Virus record (IMG/VR): IMGVR_UViG_3300044797_000094
Coordinates: 1-64,000 of that record
Reading direction: 5' to 3' (one strand)
From: a virus
DNA length: 64,000 bases
In this document: positions 28,707-37,952 of the stretch, one piece after another
Layout: each line of letters begins with the position of its first letter
Numbering within the stretch: the stretch's first letter is position 1
The notes under the pieces: model-generated
What the model was told of the DNA's origin: nothing
Databases searched by the model: none
The model's input: the letters and a program-made list of their open reading frames with translations, nothing else
Made by a program: the position numbers and the translations under genes

Positions 28707-29557
28707 AGGTGTTCTGCGCATCGACAAACATTAGTCCGGTCAGTCATCAACTCGGAACCGTTGGCAACGAATCGATCGTGAATGTCGAGGACGTCCGAAC
28801 GCCGCTGGGTTCGAGAAAAGTTCCGGTCCTCAGCGGGAACGCGATTCGGCATCGGATGATCAGGGCTCCCGGCGCGGATTATCTCATTGACGCCCTGGGC
28901 CTTCATGGAAAGCTGTCGCGGGACGTTCTTAATCTTCTTTATCACGGAGGAATCAAACGAGAAAAAGGGAAAAGCCCATCGCTGGCGAGAATCGCGGATA
29001 TGCATCGGTTGTTTCCGCTGCTGCGATTACTCGGTGCTTGCCTGCCGGAAGCGATCGTCGCCGGTGAACTCACGGCGCATCGAGCCATGCTGGCGTGCCG
29101 AGAGAATCAGTCGCGGATCAATGCCATCGCTCCGAAAGGCTGGGAATTTGAAGGACACCTCGCGCCTGCGACGTCGTTCATCGAGAGGTGGCAATACGTG
29201 CGAGGCGTGATGAAGCATTCACTCGCGCATTCGGCCACTGACACGACCGACAAGGATGAATCGACAATGATGCCCTTCGCGGGAACGTGCGTGATTCCCG
29301 GAGCGGTCTGGGTTCATGGGTTCTCGATGTCGATATGTTCGCAAATTGAGTTCGGTTGCCTTTTGCATTGTCTGCGGAAATGGGATGCGGACGGTGCGAC
29401 GATCGGCGGACAATCATCGCGAGGGCATGGTATTCTGCAATTGTCGATTTGGACAGACGCCGAGTTTGATCACGATGAATCGATATCAGCATACGAAGAG
29501 CACGTCGATGACAATAAGGGCGATTGCGTGGAATTTCTTCGAGGTTGCTATTCATGA
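28703..29557 (+). CDS. csf2: Type IV CRISPR backbone subunit Csf2 (Cas7 RAMP)
   Basis: SPVSH, VPVLSGNAIRHRMIR, LYHGG, FPLLRLLG, IPGA, Gly loop IGGQSSRGHG; start 28703 by ATGA coupling. Confidence 0.92.
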   Translation: MKVFCASTNISPVSHQLGTVGNESIVNVEDVRTPLGSRKVPVLSGNAIRHRMIRAPGADYLIDALGLHGKLSRDVLNLLYHGGIKREKGKSPSLARIADMHRLFPLLRLLGACLPEAIVAGELTAHRAMLACRENQSRINAIAPKGWEFEGHLAPATSFIERWQYVRGVMKHSLAHSATDTTDKDESTMMPFAGTCVIPGAVWVHGFSMSICSQIEFGCLLHCLRKWDADGATIGGQSSRGHGILQLSIWTDAEFDHDESISAYEEHVDDNKGDCVEFLRGCYS

Positions 29558-30279
29558 GCCTGATTAAGTCGCCAAAGCACACGGCTTCGGACTTGACTGT
29601 CTGGCGCGAATTGGAATACGCGGATCGAGTCCATGCCAGGCATGGAGCGCTGCGAAGAAAATGGGACAGGTGCTTAAGTCTCGCGAAAGAATTCGCCGAT
29701 GGTGGACCTTGTCACTGCTCGACGAGCTGGGGAAAGGACTCCGTGGTGACGGCATTCGCGGTAATGACTGTCGCTCCGAAAACTCCGCTGTGCTGGATCA
29801 GGGTAGAACCCGTCAAGTCGCCAGAATGCGTTCTTGTGCGAGACGTTTTTCTGAGGAGATTCCCGAAATGCGATTACCACGAGACCGAGGTCGTCTGCGA
29901 GAAAGATGAGGATGGATGGCATGCGACGGGAACGCTCGAAAAAGGAATCAAGATTCTTGATGAGCGATTCGGCCCGCGAACGATCCTCGGTATTCGAGCC
30001 GAAGAATCGTCTCACCGTTTCCTGAGTATCGCATCAAGCGGTTGCAACACGAAGAATAAATCGAGGCCGTGCGGATCGCTGACAGAGAAAGACGTCTTCG
30101 GATTGCTGAGCATGCACGATCTGCCGATCCATCCCGCATATGCGATGACCGGCGGCGGAAGGTGGCCCCGAGAACACTTACGGGTCGCGTCGCTCGGCGG
30201 AAAGCGTGGGCAGGGCTTCGGGCGGCTGGAATGGGAGCGTGAATATTACGCAGACGAACTTCGGAGGATTGGAGAATGA
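29554..30279 (+). CDS. cysH: CysH/PAPS-reductase-like PP-loop protein of type IV-B
   Basis: STSWGKDS PP-loop, LGIRAEES..R, LPIHPAY. Confidence 0.88.
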   Translation: MSLIKSPKHTASDLTVWRELEYADRVHARHGALRRKWDRCLSLAKEFADGGPCHCSTSWGKDSVVTAFAVMTVAPKTPLCWIRVEPVKSPECVLVRDVFLRRFPKCDYHETEVVCEKDEDGWHATGTLEKGIKILDERFGPRTILGIRAEESSHRFLSIASSGCNTKNKSRPCGSLTEKDVFGLLSMHDLPIHPAYAMTGGGRWPREHLRVASLGGKRGQGFGRLEWEREYYADELRRIGE

Positions 30280-30989
30280 AGACGCGATTCGTCAAGGTGA
30301 CGGCGCACCTGATATCGCCAGTCGCGTTGTCACCGGAAGGCGAAGCCCCGCATCTGGACGCGATTTGTGAACTTGTTCTCGCTCAGCACACGAGATCGAT
30401 CGCGGCATCCTCCAACGGAAATCGGCATCTTCTCGACGTCGCCAAGATTCGTGGACAGGAAGTGTCAGCTCAGGGGCAATTGCCGATACCGATCGTGCGT
30501 GAGAAGGTCGATGGCATCCCGGTTCCGCGATGTTCGTTCGGCATCATGGAAAAGACTCAAGAAACCGCCGAGCATTACCACTGCGCGTTCCCGATTGAAC
30601 GGGCGATTGAGGTCAGCGAGAAGGAGCGGATTCAGATCAGGACGACGGGCGGCGTCTACAAATCGGTCAGGTTGCCGCTGCGATTGTCGACGACATCGCG
30701 GATTGTCTGGTTCGCCGAACTGCGAGAATCCCCATGCAAATTGCGAAAACTCGTCAATCAAATAGAAACGCTCGGAAAGAAATCGGTGTACGGTTATGGG
30801 CGAGTTTCGGAATGGACCGTGGAAGAAACCGATATCGACGCAAGTTGGTTTCATGGCGGCGTGTTGATGCGTGCTCTCCCGATTTCAGTCGTGTCCGACG
30901 ACATTCAGGGGAAGCGACGATCATACGGAGCTGTCGCAGGCCCGTATTGGCAGCGATCATTTTTTGTCGATCGATACGTCCCGTATTAA
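30276..30989 (+). CDS. csf3: Type IV CRISPR Csf3 (Cas5 RAMP)
   Basis: KVTAHL.SP, HLDAI, LPIP, LGKKSVYGYGRVSEWTVE, LMRALP, PYW. Confidence 0.9.
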   Translation: MKTRFVKVTAHLISPVALSPEGEAPHLDAICELVLAQHTRSIAASSNGNRHLLDVAKIRGQEVSAQGQLPIPIVREKVDGIPVPRCSFGIMEKTQETAEHYHCAFPIERAIEVSEKERIQIRTTGGVYKSVRLPLRLSTTSRIVWFAELRESPCKLRKLVNQIETLGKKSVYGYGRVSEWTVEETDIDASWFHGGVLMRALPISVVSDDIQGKRRSYGAVAGPYWQRSFFVDRYVPY

Positions 30990-31988
30990 CTAAGCCCGAT
31001 AAATAATCTCGCTTCCTTTTGCGTTGATACGTATCGGAACTTCGGGGCAGCCCGGCAAAGCCGCGACGACGGACGCTCGTTTCTCGGGCGGAACGATGAA
31101 CAAAAGGAAGCCGCCGCCTCCGGCCCCGAGAAGCTTTCCGCCCCATGCTCCGTGGCGAATCGCCGTTTCATAGAATTCGTCGATCTTTCCGCTTGAGATC
31201 CCGTCATCAAGCGTTTTCTTGCGAATCCATGTTTGATGCATGAGTGTTCCGAATTGATAAAACTCGCCGCCACGTAAAGCCGCCGCTCCGACGTCGACAC
31301 ATTCGTAAAGCTCTCGCAGAGTTGAAAGATTGTCGCCGATCTTGTCAATCTGCTTCGCGGCGATATCGCTCGCCCGCCTTCGGACGCCGGTGTAAACAAA
31401 AAGCAGATGCGACTCAAAATTGCGGATCAAATCGTCCGACAGATTCAGTGGATGAATGGAAAACTGTTCATGACCGCCAAATCGGACGACATTCAGTCCG
31501 CCGTGCGATGCGGTAATCTGATCCTGATAGCCGACAGATTCACGGAGCGTCGTTCGCTCCACGTCAATCGCACATTCGGCAAGTCGATGATTGCCGCCGA
31601 CAATTCCGAGAAGGCCCCAAATCGTTCTCAGGAGCCCAACGACGAAGCTGGATGATGATCCAGTCCCGGAGAAGCTCGGCAAGTCGGCATGAAGGCTAAA
31701 TTCGAGCCCGGACCGCAATCCGTGGAACTTGAGGATCTCGCGAAATGGCGTGTGTTCCATTTCCTCAAGTTCCTTCACGAGTTCGACCTTGGAATAGGCG
31801 ATGCGAAGCTTGTAGTCGAAAAGTTCCGGATTGAATCGACTCGCGGAAATGAAAATCGATTTGTCAATCGCCGTGGCGAGAACAGCGCCAGGTCCGTACT
31901 TCTCGAAATATTCCGGATAATCCGTTCCTCCGCCAAAAAAGCTGATCCGAAATGGAGTGCGAGAGATGATCACGAAGGCTGCTTCCAA
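30990..31988 (-). CDS. hddA: GHMP sugar kinase (HddA-like heptose-7-phosphate kinase)
   Basis: TPFRISFFGGGTD, P.FSGTGSSSS, GYQDQ, GGKLLGAGGGGF. Confidence 0.9.
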   Translation of the reverse strand: MEAAFVIISRTPFRISFFGGGTDYPEYFEKYGPGAVLATAIDKSIFISASRFNPELFDYKLRIAYSKVELVKELEEMEHTPFREILKFHGLRSGLEFSLHADLPSFSGTGSSSSFVVGLLRTIWGLLGIVGGNHRLAECAIDVERTTLRESVGYQDQITASHGGLNVVRFGGHEQFSIHPLNLSDDLIRNFESHLLFVYTGVRRRASDIAAKQIDKIGDNLSTLRELYECVDVGAAALRGGEFYQFGTLMHQTWIRKKTLDDGISSGKIDEFYETAIRHGAWGGKLLGAGGGGFLLFIVPPEKRASVVAALPGCPEVPIRINAKGSEIIYRA

Positions 31989-32731
31989 TGCTTCCAGTGC
32001 TTTGCAGTGAACTCGTCTGCGATTGCCAGAGATTCCGGCGTACCAATATCGATGAAATCGCCTTTGACGGGAATGACGCGAATCCGCGTTCCTAGAATCA
32101 GGCAGTTCGGAATCACAACTTCCTCAAAACTGACAGGAGACTCGAGAACACCTTTGCAGATCGGCAGTCCATCCGGAATGAATTCGAACATTTCCGGTTT
32201 GATGAAATAAATTCCAGCGTTGATATAGCCGGGCGTCGATTCATTCTTTCGAATCGATCGCAACATCAGTTCCGCATTGAAGAGCAGCTTGCCAAATCGC
32301 GAACAATCCTCTTGCCAAGCGGCGAGCATCGAGATCCAGGCGTCGGACTGTTTTGGGATCGAGACGGCATATGGCAAGTCGTCGCTGATCAGGAGTGAGT
32401 CTCCGTTGAAGACGATCGCTGAATGATCCTTGTATTGCTCCCAAGCGTTGCGGATCGCTCCGGCCGTCCCTCGCGGGGACCGCTCTTCGGCGACGTTCGT
32501 GAGCGGTGGCAAATCGAGCGTGTTCAAAATCTCGAACGCCTTTTCCCGTTGATAGCCGGTTGCAATCGCGGTTCTCTGAATTCCGAGCGACTTGATCTGC
32601 CAGAGCACACGCTGGATGAACGGATGGCCAGCGACTTCGATGAACGGCTTGGGGATGGTTGGATGCAAATGAGCGATGCGAGTACCTTTTCCGCCCGCAA
32701 GGACGATTGCGACGGGCTCATTCGAATCCAT
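31970..32731 (-). CDS. hddC: Sugar-1-phosphate nucleotidyltransferase (HddC-like)
   Basis: LAGGKGTR...PKP, GTAGA, NGDS, INAGIY, FIDIGTPE. Confidence 0.88.
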   Translation of the reverse strand: MDSNEPVAIVLAGGKGTRIAHLHPTIPKPFIEVAGHPFIQRVLWQIKSLGIQRTAIATGYQREKAFEILNTLDLPPLTNVAEERSPRGTAGAIRNAWEQYKDHSAIVFNGDSLLISDDLPYAVSIPKQSDAWISMLAAWQEDCSRFGKLLFNAELMLRSIRKNESTPGYINAGIYFIKPEMFEFIPDGLPICKGVLESPVSFEEVVIPNCLILGTRIRVIPVKGDFIDIGTPESLAIADEFTAKHWKHWKQPS

Positions 32732-32768
32732 AAATCAGCGACTTTCGGAATAATTGTCGATTTGGAAT

Positions 32769-32816
32769 AAATTGATGACGATTTCCATTGACTGCTGATG
32801 AAAAGATAATTAGAAT
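32769..32816 (+). promoter_or_regulatory. 16-bp operator plus sigma70 promoter in the divergent hddC/DUF932 gap
   Basis: AAATTGATGACGATTT (32769-32784), the exact reverse complement of the 19143 site; TTGACT-17 nt-TAGAAT. Confidence 0.75.
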
Positions 32817-32881
32817 CTCTTTTAACGCATCGCAACGAAATCGTGGTGACGGATGCGGATTCTAAACAAAGGAGAGACGAA

Positions 32882-33628
32882 GTGGCAACAACGCAGTTAA
32901 TCGCTCATCGCGGTTCACGGATCGTGGAACGATCGGAAGTAGACGCTGTTGAACCGGTCGAAGGGACTGACACATGGGTGCCGACACCTCATGGGTTTGT
33001 TTTGGAAACTGTCGAAACAATTTTGATGAACGCCGGATTCGGCATCGCGAAATCGCGGTATGCTTTGTCGAAAGATGACGCCAGGTTCTTCGGAACGCTT
33101 GATCTGACAAGTCCGATTTCGGAAGGCGTCTCTCTCGCTGTCGGAGTAAGGAACTCGATCGACAAGACGTTTCCGATTGGTCTTGTGGCAGGCTCAAGAG
33201 TCTTCGTATGCGACAATCTGGCCTTTAACAGCGATATCTACGTCAGCAAGAAGCACACACGATTTGGCAAGGAACGATTCGATGAAGGAATATCAAAAGC
33301 GTTGGTCGCATTGAGCCACTTCAAGACATTGGAGTCTCGACGGATCGAACATTATCGCAATTTCGAACTGACCGAGACGCAAGCGGCAGCGACTCTGCTT
33401 CATGGATTCGAGAACGGAATTCTGAGCACGCAACTACTGCCGATCGCACTCGAGGAATGGCGGAATTCGAAGCATGAGGAATTTAGGCCAAGAACCGCAT
33501 GGAGCTTATTTAATAGCCTCACGGAAGCGGCGAAAGCGCGTGCCTTGAATCCGCAGAAGTTCGCGGCCATTACAATGAAAATGTATGGTCTAATCGATTC
33601 CGTGTGCGGCTTCAATGTCGCGGTCTGA
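32882..33628 (+). CDS. DUF932-family protein
   Basis: W.P.PH, GVRNS.DK, AG.RVFVCDNLAF, KHT, TAWSLFN..TE; AAGGAG RBS before GTG. Confidence 0.85.
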   Translation: MATTQLIAHRGSRIVERSEVDAVEPVEGTDTWVPTPHGFVLETVETILMNAGFGIAKSRYALSKDDARFFGTLDLTSPISEGVSLAVGVRNSIDKTFPIGLVAGSRVFVCDNLAFNSDIYVSKKHTRFGKERFDEGISKALVALSHFKTLESRRIEHYRNFELTETQAAATLLHGFENGILSTQLLPIALEEWRNSKHEEFRPRTAWSLFNSLTEAAKARALNPQKFAAITMKMYGLIDSVCGFNVAV

Positions 33629-33697
33629 AGTCAATTCAACGTGGCCTCGTGTGATGTGAGGCCGCTCTTTCTGGTTGAAAACATTTTGGAGAATTCG

Positions 33698-34474
33698 ATG
33701 ACTATGAGAATTGAAAATGGCTTTGTAATCGACGAACGAAACAATCGAGCAAGCATTCCTCAGTATGAATCGGAAGATGCCGCGAAAGCGGCTCTTGAAA
33801 GCTGCTCTGACTGCTCTGACTGCTCTGACTGCTCTGACTGCTATGGCTGCTCTCGCTGCTCTCGCTGCTCTCGCTGCTATGGCTGCTCTGACTGCTCTGG
33901 CTGCTCTGGCTGCTCTCGCTGCTCTCGCTGCTATGGCTGCTCTGGCTGCTCTGGCTGCTCTGACTGCTCTGACTGCTCTGACTGCTCTGGCTGCTCTGGC
34001 TGCTCTGACTGCTCTGGCTGCTCTGGCTGCTCTCGCTGCTCTCGCTGCTCTCGCTGCTCTCGCTGCTATGGCTGCTCTGACTGCTCTGGCTGCTCTGACT
34101 GCTCTGGCTGCTCTGACTGCTCTGACTGCTCTGACTGCTATGGCTGCTCTGACTGCTCTCGCTGCTCTCCAAAACAAATGTCCGAAGAGGCCCCAGTTAT
34201 CGAAAAAATCCACAAAAAGATTTACGAAGCTGCGTCAGCTCCAGGTGCGTTTTGCATGAACGATTGGCATAAATGCAAAACAACACATTGCCGAGCCGGA
34301 TGGACAGTGGAGCTCGCCGGTGAGGCCGGTAAGAAATTGGAAGAGCGAACATCGACGCTGTTCGCGGCAATGCAAATCTACAAGGCATCTGGATATCTGA
34401 TATCTCCATGTCGATTCTTCGACAGCGACGAGAAGGCAATGGAAGACATGAAACGGCTGGCCGAACAATCCTGA
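33698..34474 (+). CDS. Cys-x-x repeat protein with a C-terminal 'WH.C.TTHCRAGW' domain
   Basis: GGAG RBS; non-repetitive N- and C-terminal domains are in this frame. Confidence 0.75.
   Translation: MTMRIENGFVIDERNNRASIPQYESEDAAKAALESCSDCSDCSDCSDCYGCSRCSRCSRCYGCSDCSGCSGCSRCSRCYGCSGCSGCSDCSDCSDCSGCSGCSDCSGCSGCSRCSRCSRCSRCYGCSDCSGCSDCSGCSDCSDCSDCYGCSDCSRCSPKQMSEEAPVIEKIHKKIYEAASAPGAFCMNDWHKCKTTHCRAGWTVELAGEAGKKLEERTSTLFAAMQIYKASGYLISPCRFFDSDEKAMEDMKRLAEQS
33803..34168 (+). repeat. 40 tandem 9-bp units plus a partial unit (TGCTCTGAC / TGCTCTGGC / TGCTCTCGC / TGCTATGGC)
   Basis: Read directly from the sequence; only four unit types occur. Confidence 0.97.
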
Positions 34475-34559
34475 AAGGAAACCGGAATATGGACGCTCAT
34501 CATTACTTCTGCGGAACACTGGTCGTGTTCACGCTTGGTTATTTGTTGTGGCTGTTTGA

Positions 34560-34916
34560 TTGTGTGTGACAGGCAAAATAATGATTCATCACAGAAAATG
34601 CTGGGCCTGCGGAAATATCGCGGAGCATACGGACAATGTCGTTCCGGCGGTTCTCTGTAAGAAATGCGGATCTCAAGACACGCGACCGCTCCGGAACTTT
34701 CGCGATGAGAAGCCAGAAGTGTTAAAGAACGACGGCCTGCAAAATCTAGCACTGCTCCTCAATGAGCAAATCCAAAAACTGAGAAGTCTGCAACGAGTGG
34801 ACGTCGGTTGTTGGGGCGACGGAGGAATCGACGTCAATGAACGTGGCAATGGCGAATACGTCCACTACCTGGACCTGGATTCGGTCATTCAGGAAATGGA
34901 AGAGAGGGCGAAGTGA
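34560..34916 (+). CDS. Zn-ribbon hypothetical protein
   Basis: CWAC...CKKC. Confidence 0.5.
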   Translation: MCVTGKIMIHHRKCWACGNIAEHTDNVVPAVLCKKCGSQDTRPLRNFRDEKPEVLKNDGLQNLALLLNEQIQKLRSLQRVDVGCWGDGGIDVNERGNGEYVHYLDLDSVIQEMEERAK

Positions 34917-35143
34917 GCAGTCCATGCGTCGTCGAATTCCGAGGCCAACAAGCCAAAATCGACTTCCACTGGGTCTTTCCATATCCCTGGCCAAGATGGC
35001 TGGAAGACATCGAAGTTGAATGGAACTTCAGCGAGATCGGAATGGAGAAGTCCGAGTTGAATGTGACGCCCGAGGAAGACTTGGCAATCAAATCGGCATG
35101 TATGGAACATGCGTACGATCAATCTTTAACGAATGCGTGGTGA
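34913..35143 (+). CDS. Hypothetical protein
   Basis: Coupled overlap. Confidence 0.5.
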   Translation: MSSPCVVEFRGQQAKIDFHWVFPYPWPRWLEDIEVEWNFSEIGMEKSELNVTPEEDLAIKSACMEHAYDQSLTNAW

Positions 35144-35324
35144 ACCTGTGCCACTTTCAAAAGAACAATTGGAAACGCGTCTAGATTGGATCGAAGGCCT
35201 GATCACAAAAGAGCGGGACGAAAAGAATCTGCCATATCTCAACGCGACCTATCAAAAGCTGATGGACAAACTCGTCCAGATCGATCTTGCGGAAGAAGAC
35301 AGACGAAAGGCCATCCCTAAATGA
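35133..35324 (+). CDS. Hypothetical protein
   Basis: Coupled overlap. Confidence 0.45.
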   Translation: MRGEPVPLSKEQLETRLDWIEGLITKERDEKNLPYLNATYQKLMDKLVQIDLAEEDRRKAIPK

Positions 35325-36004
35325 AGAAAACATTCGCCATATTCTCGAATGTTCGAACGACTCGCTTCATGCAAGCGGCGAACGTTTTCGAGAAGTTCAA
35401 GGTCATCGGCATCCATGCGGTTCTGACGTTCGACGACGGAATAGATCCGGCCGACTCATCACGAAAGCTGTTCGACAAATGCAAAGGCCAGCCATTTCAA
35501 CTGGTCGCGTGCTTCGACTTCGATGAAATCTACTTCCGCGACGAGACAGTCAAGGCCGTCAGCGATGGCGATCGATGGGAAACGCTCGAAGATTTGATTG
35601 AACGGAAGCAGTCGGCGAATCCGCTGAGAATAGAAAAAGAAAGCGTGCCTAAACGCGATGCGAGTGATGATTCACGGGACGGTTGTCGATTATCAACTGT
35701 AAGCACGTTTTCGAAAGGCAATGGCATGAAATTCAGAAAATGGGACGTGACGATTGAACGCGGAAAATACATCGACGGAAACAGGATGTGCTTGACACTC
35801 CTCGACGAGAATACCGGCGAGAAAATCGCGGTGGCAACCGTGAATCTGCCGGATCAACCCCTGAAGGAAAATGAAGTCTTCATCAATGACTACAGCGAAA
35901 ACCACGGAATGCTGGAATTCCTGGAATCCAACGGCATCGTCAAATCGACTGGAGAATTCATCAAGTCTGGATACGTCATGATTCCGAAGTGCGTGCTGCT
36001 ATGA
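35321..36004 (+). CDS. Two-part protein with a DUF4313-like C-terminal half
   Basis: IAVATVNLP...NEVFI.DYSEN.GMLEFL..NGIV; the internal MKFRKW could be an independent start. Confidence 0.6.
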   Translation: MKKTFAIFSNVRTTRFMQAANVFEKFKVIGIHAVLTFDDGIDPADSSRKLFDKCKGQPFQLVACFDFDEIYFRDETVKAVSDGDRWETLEDLIERKQSANPLRIEKESVPKRDASDDSRDGCRLSTVSTFSKGNGMKFRKWDVTIERGKYIDGNRMCLTLLDENTGEKIAVATVNLPDQPLKENEVFINDYSENHGMLEFLESNGIVKSTGEFIKSGYVMIPKCVLL

Positions 36005-36026
36005 AATGATCTGCGACATTCAGTCG

Positions 36027-36064
36027 AGCCTTCCTGATTCATGGTTGGGAAGGCTTTTTCTTTT
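36027..36064 (+). terminator. Rho-independent terminator ending the accessory operon
   Basis: AGCCTTCC / GGAAGGCT stem followed by TTTTCTTTT. Confidence 0.8.
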
Positions 36065-36132
36065 GGCGTTGTCGAAAAATTAGAAATCTCGGATAACCTC
36101 TCTCGCAATGACTTTCAATGCGAGGAGCGTAA

Positions 36133-36366
36133 ATGTTGATCAAGAAAAAAGGGATGGAAGGCCAAAGGGCGAAACGTTCCTACGTGCCGTGGTACCTTCT
36201 CGAAGTCCCCGCTCCACGCTGTCCAATTCATGGCTGCATCTGCCAAGTCGATCACACTGAAAACCGATCTGACGGCAGCGTGATTCAGTACCGCTATTGC
36301 GTCCATGAGGATTGCCCGACCTCGATGAAGACGGTGATCCCCGCTCCGACGTCTGTGATCAAATAG
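36133..36366 (+). CDS. Ogr/Delta-like zinc-finger, possible late activator
   Basis: CPIH...YRYC....C..SMKT; lies immediately before the head operon. Confidence 0.55.
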   Translation: MLIKKKGMEGQRAKRSYVPWYLLEVPAPRCPIHGCICQVDHTENRSDGSVIQYRYCVHEDCPTSMKTVIPAPTSVIK

Positions 36367-36458
36367 CGATCGACTCTATTGTCACAATTCCAATCAATTG
36401 GAAAACTCCCTCCCATTGCCGTATCGGCATTTTATCTCAATCCGTCTAATCAGACCGC

Positions 36459-37895
36459 ATGAGTGCGGGCCAATCTTTACCGAGACGTAGAACGGCAGGT
36501 TGGCTGTACTCCATCAAGGCGGAAGGCATCTCGCCGAATTCCTTGATGCTCGACCATGTGGATTCAGTTCCGCCTTACGTCGATCAACAGAAAATGAGCG
36601 TTCGGGCCAGAATCTCGAACGCGGCGATTGATCGAGTCGGCGACGTGCTGGTTCCACGTGGATGCCAGGTCGAAAATTACAGACTCAATCCTGTCGTACT
36701 GTGGAACCACGGACTCGATCCATCGCTCACCAAACCGCTCGGAATGTCTGAAGACGAAGATGGCAATCTTTCTATTGAGATTACTGACGACGACGTATTT
36801 GCAACGTGCTTTTTTAGCCAAAAAGACGCCGATGCCGCTCAGTTTTTCTCTCTCATCGCAGAAAAAATCATCAGGGCCACAAGCGTTCGGGAAACGCCCG
36901 TGGAAGGGTTTTCGAAAGACGTTTGGCGGAATGGTCAACGCGTTAAGCAGGTTGGTCGGTGGGATCTCGAAGAGTGGTCGTTTTGTTCTGTTGGGGTCAA
37001 TCCAGAGGCTATCGCGAAATGCCTTTCTCGTAATCGACTTGACGGAAGGCGAATCTCGGAACCGATTTACAAATCTCTTTCAGCGGTCGCTCCCAAGCCA
37101 CAAAAACCCGGCATCGGCTTTGATTTGAAGGAAACGCCAATGGTCGAAAAACTTCGCATGCCGAACGACATGGACGACGACGGGGAAGAGAAGGATGTCA
37201 CAAAAATGAACGGCCCAACCGACGACAACGACAAAAAAGACCCCGGAGAAGTTCCCGCCGACCAAGCACGTGGAACCGACGTGGAAGACGATTCGGACGA
37301 TGACGAGGACACGACGCAAATCGCTCCTGAGCCCGAGCCCGGCGGAGACCCGAGCAAGCAACCGTATGGCTCGCAAGTCATCAAATGCCTCCACGGTGCC
37401 CTCAAGTCCGCCTGCAAGGCGACGAATGAATGCCTCGGACCGCAATTGGAACACCAAGGCGTCAAAGACGACGTCGGAGCGGTCAATGATGTAATGAAGG
37501 GCCAGATGAAAGCGTTGGAAGGTTCCCACCTGAAGCACTATCCAGCAATGAAATGCGACCTGAAGTCCGACGACATGGATGGCGACGATGACGAAGAATC
37601 CGGCGAAGACTCGACCGGCGATTCCGACATGAAGGCGTTTCTGGCCGGAGCGACAGGACGTCAACATCAGATCTTCGGTGTGGCTCATCGCCTGAAAGAA
37701 CTGTCGAAGTCAAAATCATTGACAGTCGCCGAACGCCGAATGCTCAAGTCCGACATCGAACATCTTGATTGGTTGATGGACCAAGCCAAATCCCAGGCCA
37801 AGGCAATCGCCAAAGCGGCGAGAAAGAAGCCGAGCACGAACGAGGCTCAACGCCTCAAAGCCCTCGAAGACCGATTGAACAAAGCCCTGTCCTGA
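36459..37895 (+). CDS. HK97-type prohead protease with a long acidic/scaffold-like C-terminal extension
   Basis: DRVGDVL, NPVVLWNH, ATSV, LEEWSFCSVGVNPEA. Confidence 0.9.
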   Translation: MSAGQSLPRRRTAGWLYSIKAEGISPNSLMLDHVDSVPPYVDQQKMSVRARISNAAIDRVGDVLVPRGCQVENYRLNPVVLWNHGLDPSLTKPLGMSEDEDGNLSIEITDDDVFATCFFSQKDADAAQFFSLIAEKIIRATSVRETPVEGFSKDVWRNGQRVKQVGRWDLEEWSFCSVGVNPEAIAKCLSRNRLDGRRISEPIYKSLSAVAPKPQKPGIGFDLKETPMVEKLRMPNDMDDDGEEKDVTKMNGPTDDNDKKDPGEVPADQARGTDVEDDSDDDEDTTQIAPEPEPGGDPSKQPYGSQVIKCLHGALKSACKATNECLGPQLEHQGVKDDVGAVNDVMKGQMKALEGSHLKHYPAMKCDLKSDDMDGDDDEESGEDSTGDSDMKAFLAGATGRQHQIFGVAHRLKELSKSKSLTVAERRMLKSDIEHLDWLMDQAKSQAKAIAKAARKKPSTNEAQRLKALEDRLNKALS

Positions 37896-37952
37896 CCCGT
37901 GGCCGATTGAAGGCCCAGGTTTCACGACCACGATCAAAAGGAATGAATCAAC

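Noticed and set aside
29554-30279. DndC / phosphorothioation system or sulfate assimilation gene
   Set aside because: No dndA/B/D/E, ssp or other cys genes are present. The position among csf genes points to the type IV-B CysH-like protein.
27574-30989. CRISPR array associated with the type IV genes
   Set aside because: Both flanks are gap-free coding sequence, and I saw no regularly spaced 25-40 nt repeats anywhere in the window by eye.
33803-34168. 9-bp repeat as a CRISPR or DGR-like element
   Set aside because: It has no unique spacers, no template/variable repeat pair and no reverse transcriptase. It is an in-frame coding minisatellite.
33590-34259. Alternative-frame ORFs (ARAVRA, SSQSSE, ALTALA repeats)
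   Set aside because: They stay open only because the 9-bp unit lacks stops in those frames. Only the Cys frame has an RBS and a recognisable flanking domain.
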